Positions 47,201-64,000 of a DNA stretch of 64,000 nt are shown here, one piece after another. Source of the stretch: Tubulanus polymorphus (Eukaryota; Animalia; Nemertea); the NCBI RefSeq assembly GCF_964204645.1, contig NC_134026.1:7029950-7093949 (forward strand), given 5' to 3'. The first letter of the stretch is position 1. Each line of letters begins with the position of its first letter. The translations under genes and the position numbers were made by a program. The notes beneath the pieces are model-generated. The model did no database searches, was not told the DNA's origin, and saw nothing but the letters and a program-made list of their open reading frames with translations.

Positions 47201-50088
47201 ATATTTCGATCAATTTTATTTTTAAGGTCACGCAGGAGACGACGAATGGCAACAATAACGACAAACTTTGGTCGAAAATCACTCCGAATTCGGTTCTCGA
47301 AAATTTTCGAAGTATGGCTGCGAATCGTTTGGGAAATTCGGGAAAGACTTGGGTTTCTACGTTTTCTCGTTATAACAGTGGCACGTACGTATACCCCACA
47401 CGATTTCAAGGTCGTTTATTTCTGCGGATGTTTTATTGCAGATGGAATGTTATTTTCATCAATTATATGTTTCAGGTATAATAACCAGTGGATGATTGTT
47501 GATTATAAATTATTCACACCACAGGAACAAACGCTTAAACCGGGGCTGCTTTATGTCGCTGAACAAATACCGTAAGCTTGTTTGAAATTTCTGCTGTAGA
47601 AGCTTTAAAGTTTAGATAGGTGAATTTCAAATGTTTGCCTGTGAACTGAAGAACTCTTTCAACCATCAGAAAGATTTTAAATCCATTACCACAGTTTAGT
47701 GGGTGTGTTATATGCCAAAAATAGGGTGTTGACTTCATGTCATGATACAAAGGTCCCCTTTGGCATGGAGTTCCTGTCACCTTAGGGTGATTGGAAAAAG
47801 TTAATGAAAAGACAATATGAAGCTCGCCCTTAACATTTGAAATGGGGCAATTTCAAAAAATGGCCACCACTGCTGTTACTGAAAATCACATTTTCAACCA
47901 GAATTAGCATTGGTTAAAGTTTGACTGGAGGCTTTTAGAGCATTTGAAATCAACGAAATTGAACCGTATTAGAACCTAATGCAGTTAAACTTCGTTGTAC
48001 TGTTCTCTGGTTAAGTTAGACTTTCGAATTGAAATTAGTTCAATTCCTATGTTTTGATAAGTTTCTTTATATGAATAATGCTAATTTTAGGGGTAAAATC
48101 ACCAGTGGAGATTTGACTAAAGTTCTCAAACAACAGACATACTGGGCCAGTTATAATATTCCGTAAGTTTAATGTCTAACAGTTTTTATACTGTTATCAT
48201 TTTATATTGATTTTTTCACATATTCTTTTTCACTAATATAGAATGTATGTATGTATCTGAATAACATACAATGTATCTTCCAGAGTTGCAAACTGTTACT
48301 GATGTTCAGTATTTTGTTACTATTTTGTCATCCGAAATACTGATTTGATTTGTTTTATGTATACAGGAATATGAAAGATGTTACTGAGGGCCTTGAAATT
48401 GATTACCAATTACTTTGAAAATTTTCTTTCATATTTCAATAAAATTTTACTGAAAATGAAAATTCAATTTGTTACTGATAGAACTTTTCAGAGGATTATA
48501 GCCCTTTCTCTTGATGTATTTTGATAATTTTTCAGTTATTTCACCGACATCTTTAAAGAAAGTGGCTATCCTCGGATGGCCTGGAAGTATGGTGAATGGT
48601 TCACTCATGAAGGTTCACCTAGAGCTAAGATATTTAAACGTGACCATGTTAAAGTTACTGATTTGACTTCAATGACTACGTTAATGAGGTAAAAACAACT
48701 TTCAATTTCATATTGATAAAGTAATAAACAAATCGACAAGATACTCAAAAAGTACCAAAATCTTGCTTAGAATTACAGCGCGTTAGCCTTGGAGGGACCA
48801 ATAAATTCTCTATCCGAGGTACAGAATTGCAGAGCAGTTGGAGCATGGATGGGTCATTATTACGATGAATTTGATTAAGAACATAAGTAATATTTTCCTG
48901 GGCACGTGATTATCCAAGGCAATCAGCTCCAGGGTAAAACACAGTATACTGTTTTATGCAACTGTAACTTTGTACGTTTTGTATATTTCAGATATAACGA
49001 TTTTAAGAATGATCCATTGTCTAAGTGTAAATGTAATCCACCGTATTCAGCAGAGAATGCTATATCAGCTCGTAGTGATTTAAACCCAGCGAATGGAACC
49101 TATCCATTCGGTGCTTTAGGTCATCGTAAACACGGTGGAACTGATATGAAGGTTTGTTTTAGCCGTTTTCTCATCTTTCCTGGATCTTCAACTACTGGTT
49201 ACACAGTTGTCAGTATGTTTACACAACTCAAAGTTCTACAGTTCTTTTTTAAATTTGACATCTCCTTGAGCTAAGAGTTTATACAAAATTTCAACCATAC
49301 CCTAATAGTCGTCAGAAAAACTGATTTCGCTGCTTATAGTTTCCTTGTTCTGGATTGGATGTGAAATATTATATTTTGTTTTGGCATTGATATTCTTGAA
49401 GATGACTATTGGCAGGAAACGTTGAATAAACTACTAGCTCAAGGAAACGGTGTGCAGGGATTTTACATGATAGTTTACTTCTGTTGCTTAATAATGATAT
49501 TAATCTTGGAGCTCAGTCTGATTACTCCAATTATTGATAAACGCTTATAAAGCTCTTGTTTCTCATGATGCTGTGAAGTTTTATAGAGATCTTGCATGCA
49601 ACGTCATAGTTTGTTTGCCAACCAGTGTTGGAGACCTTCCATACATAACAACAAAAAATAATCAGGGGATTCATAAGCTTTGAGGGTCTGTCATGTTAAT
49701 TACTTATTGCGACGTGTTTATGGAAAAAGCAGTTGGCTGCAAGATCTCTTAACAAACGTTTGAACTGGCTGATGTGGTGAATATCTCGTAGAGTGTGATC
49801 GATGTTGCTCCAAAGGGAAGCGGCTTTTGCAGGAAATGAGCCTTAATGTAATAAGGTTGAAATGAAATGCTTGTTGATATTCATGATATTCAATTGTTTT
49901 GTATATTTTAGTTAACATCGTACAGTTTGTCGAAGAAGATGCGTTTTCTATCGGTTTGTGGCCCAACTAGCGACACACAACCTCCGTTCCAATGGAGTAA
50001 ATCGGATTATAAAGCCGTACCGCACGAAGGACACCCGGACCTGTTTAAATTTCCTCCTGTTCTACATGATTGGGCCACGGCTCCTTAA
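44275..50088 (+). CDS. PLBD2: Phospholipase B-like 2 (lysosomal Ntn-hydrolase), complete, 11 coding exons
   Basis: Signal peptide; exons 44275-44471, 45287-45533, 45859-45956, 46163-46380 (GSGSCSALIKLLPG), 46668-46762 (FSSYPG..SGDDFY), 47227-47384 (ETTNGN...YNSGT), 47476-47571 (YNNQWMIVDYK), 48091-48162 (YWASYNIP), 48536-48688, 48992-49151 (YNDF.NDPLSKC...AISARSDLNP), 49912-50088. Confidence 0.96.
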
Positions 50089-50420
50089 ATAACGAACTCC
50101 TTAGATAATTTTATTCATTAGGACCCAGATCCACTGGTGTAAGTTAGAGTTAACTCTTGAGTTGAAATTAGTTCATTTTCAATGAGCGAAATCTTAACTT
50201 AGAACTGTAGTGGAACTGGTTACAGTGTTTTTGTGATAAACAAGAATTTGACTATGATTTTGTTGATATTGATTCAGTTTGTTCAATTTAATGGAGACAA
50301 GATTTATATTTATGGATATTTTATGTATATAATTTGATGTCTAATGACAGAAAAAGTCGGCCTTATAAGTAGGAAGCAGGACCATTGACAAAACACTATC
50401 AGTCTGTGTTTTATGATAAT

Positions 50421-50646
50421 ATGAAATCCCTGCACACTAGAAATAAAAAAAAGTCCGAAATGTTTTCTTGAGCTTGTAATTCATTCGACGTTTCAACTTC
50501 ATCCTAATAGTCATCTTTAGGAAAACTGAGGAATTCAGTATTCGTGAATATGATTATTAGGATAGAGTCGAAACGTTGAATGAACTATTATAGCTCAAGG
50601 AAATATTTCGGACTCTTTTCATTTCAAGTGTGCAGGGATTTTACAT
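50421..50646. mobile_element. Foldback element whose two inverted arms are decayed Penelope-type hammerhead repeats
   Basis: atgaaatccctgcacactagaaat... versus ...atttcaagtgtgcagggattttacat; arms contain gatgactattaggat..agtcgaaacgtcgaa; related copies at ~49290-49470, ~53365-53460 and ~62375-62612. Confidence 0.65.
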
Positions 50647-53022
50647 TATGATTATTGACAGTTAAAAACTTCTTCCTTATTAAATAAGCTAAAGATTCTG
50701 ACAAGGATTTTAAACTAATGAATATTCAAATTCAATATGATCCGATTTGCTGTGAGAGGTCGGGGAGACCTCATCATTTTGTATAATTCATGTTTGGTTG
50801 ATTGATTAGTTATGAACGGATCAAGGTTTTTTGGATCGAACATTTATCTTCAGTTCAAGGGCAACACAAGTTCATAACTAATTACTGATGAAGATATCGT
50901 TAATTAGAATGAAATATGATACAAACGAAAATTTTCTTTATTGATTTTTGTTGCTACTGCTGCTCAAAGATGGAATGATGAGCCTGGAATGATTGATAAA
51001 TGTTTTTGCTGCCATGGATTCGGTTTCCCTTGTTCGCCCGGGCGTCATCAGCTGATAATGATATGGATGATTAGTTAAATAATTATTGTAATGATATCAG
51101 TTAAACTGACTCCAAAAATATCTTCACTTTGTACTAATTAGTCAATGATACCTGATTACTGGACTGAGGTGCCTCGGTACATGAAGTGTCAAGTTAAACA
51201 TTTAGCGGATTAGTTTTCTGTCAGTTGATTTGTATAATGAAATGTCTGATTAGTTTAGTGTAAAATAGTGTAAATTACTCATCAAAAAAAATAATCTATT
51301 TTTACACAATAAATGTGTCGAATCGTTTGTTTATTTATGACTCGTTAGTTATTTCATATTTCCGTATAATGAGGATCTGTATTTTGTTTATACGATGAAC
51401 CAGAGGTGATGTGGAGGATGTCACGCCAGTAGCTATAGGGCTTCAAACAATAGACAATTTTTCCTCATAAGGCATCCAGACAGAATTAGAAATATAGGAA
51501 GATTAGCGTCTCTGATCCTAGTCCTTGGTCCAATTTCATTCAGGAATCGAAACTGGCGATCAGTCAGGTGAAGCGACTGGTCTGTGGTGACTATTTACTA
51601 ACAATACTCGCTATCATTCTCTGATTACTTCGTCGTAGCAGTTAGGCGCATCTTTTTTAGAAACTGCAGCGTAAGAATTGGTAGTTACGTATGTCGCAGA
51701 CGATAAATCAACACTAGAATATCAACATTATATATTAACGACATTTATTGCCAAATTTGCTTCCCAAAGAAAGGAGGGCGTTAAGGGGCGTCGGTGTAGT
51801 CGTACTCTGCGCACAACCCCTGCGACATCGGTTATTTCAAAAACCAATTCGACCTTTACTAAAAGCGATGATTACGTACAAACAGGTTTCAAGAGGTTTG
51901 AAACATCGTTAGAATAATCCATAGAACTCAATTTTTCTTAACATTCTGATCAGAAATTCATTATTTACAATACCCGGTACGCATAATGAAAAGAACAATT
52001 ACAAGGTTTCTCGGCTAAGGGTTTTATTTGACTTAATAATAATCCTCTTTCAAACTAATCTCGACCTTAAACCCACGACTTTGTGAAATTTTTGCAAATG
52101 GGTAATAATGGCCTGGCAGGTCACTAGCGGATTTCTATCGATAAGATGGAGAAACAATTTTTTCGCTCTAAAAAGCGCTCTATGGTTAGAACTTTGTGCG
52201 ACAAAATATCTTCATTTCCTACGACAAAGAAACTACCAGATTATTCCTGGCTGTAAACCGTATGAAATCTGAGTATAATTCTACAGATCAGATGGTTACG
52301 CGATAGATCAAACGTAGATAGGTGAATATGAGCTCGTTATCACTGATAGTGAATGATACTTCAGGCGAATAATCTGCTGGGCATAAAAACGTCAGAATTA
52401 TTGCCGACAACACCTCATAATGCTTATTAGCGCGATTACTTCTCATGTACGGTAGGTAGATTAGAAGAGAAAAAACCTCTGACTTATCTCTCTCCAGCCA
52501 GCTGCTTCGTTATGAAGCTTTTACAGCGATGAAAGAAATCGGCAGACATGATACGTATACTCTACGTTCCGTAATGATAATTGGCGCGATTACTTAGAGA
52601 TTAGAACTAGCGTCGTTCATTACACGACGCGTTACATCAATGAAGATCTGCTGCTGCTGCTGCTGAAGCCGTTTGAAGCAGCCAATCAACAACTCGGAAC
52701 GGATAGGGACGAAAAAGGCAATCGCTATATCTAATTTCCACGTAAAAATCATGATGACAGTAAATTTTTTTCTCGTTTGTCTATTGTGAGACTGGCGTCG
52801 GTGAGATGTGTTTGTAGGTACCTGCCAGCGACGAAAGATGTTATCATTCGTGTGAATTGCACCGCGCGTAGAAGACTCAGAAAGACCAGGCAGGGCAGAC
52901 ATCAAAAACATTATATTTCAAACTTTTCACGAGGTTCATCGAACAATTGAAAAGCTTCTCAATTCTTTCAGCTAGTTGTCTTACACCCTTCGAAACAAAC
53001 TGTAAAACTGAAGACTACGTAA

Positions 53023-63478
<10,456 letters not shown>

Positions 63479-64000
63479 GTTAATGTACACGGGCTCACTA
63501 GCCATGGTTTAGTTATAAGAGCAGTCTAAGATCATCCGATCTAGTCAATTTAACAACTCATGACCAGTCTAAGCTCATTTTAGTTCTATAATCAATCGAA
63601 CAACTTTTTTAAGACCAGTCTCAGCTCATTTCAGTTCTATAACCAATCAAACAACTCTTAAGACCACTTCGTCTGGGCCCTATAGTCACAACTATTTTAT
63701 TTCTATTTTATAATGCTATTTTGAAATACAAAATAAATTCATTCATTCATTGAACTGTGCAACTGGCCCAGGTTTATAGGCAAGTTTTTCCCTTTTAACC
63801 TCAAAGGGAGTGGTTTTATAGACCAGATCTAGTTCCACAGTTGTTAGACATTTCAAATGTGCTGAGTCAAATCTTTCCCGGAAACTGTGAAAATGGGTCT
63901 AGTTTTACCTTAACGCAGTCGGGGGTTTAACAAATCGCCAATTGGGTGTATAAGTCAATACCAGTCTGTAAAGACGACCTCTCGTAATTAGATACTGATC

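Overview
AT-rich animal (invertebrate, probably lophotrochozoan) genomic DNA with intron-rich genes; no prokaryotic features. By reading splice sites and phases I traced: the 5' part of neurofibromin NF1 (minus, ATG 28403, running off the left edge), complete PEX3, an SRP (7SL) RNA gene, CCNDBP1, RNF25, an intronless frameshifted PHYHIP-like gene, complete PLBD2 and the 5' half of a natriuretic-peptide-receptor-like membrane guanylyl cyclase (plus, running off the right edge). Main points of interest: (1) a family of intronless rhodopsin-class orphan GPCRs that lives only in introns here: three intact tandem copies antisense in one NF1 intron, a divergent one in another NF1 intron, two promoter-only remnants and a pseudogene 45 kb away in the cyclase intron, with substitutions concentrated around the predicted ligand pocket; (2) a chain of three phase-interlocked small NF1 exons (10+25+58 nt) at the junction where human NF1 has alternative exon 10a-2; (3) several minimal hammerhead ribozyme motifs of the Penelope type, two in sense with PEX3; (4) a non-autonomous element with maize Ac/Ds-identical 11-bp TIRs and a 6-bp TSD, plus other MITEs. 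All homology calls come from recognising motifs by eye, not from database searches.
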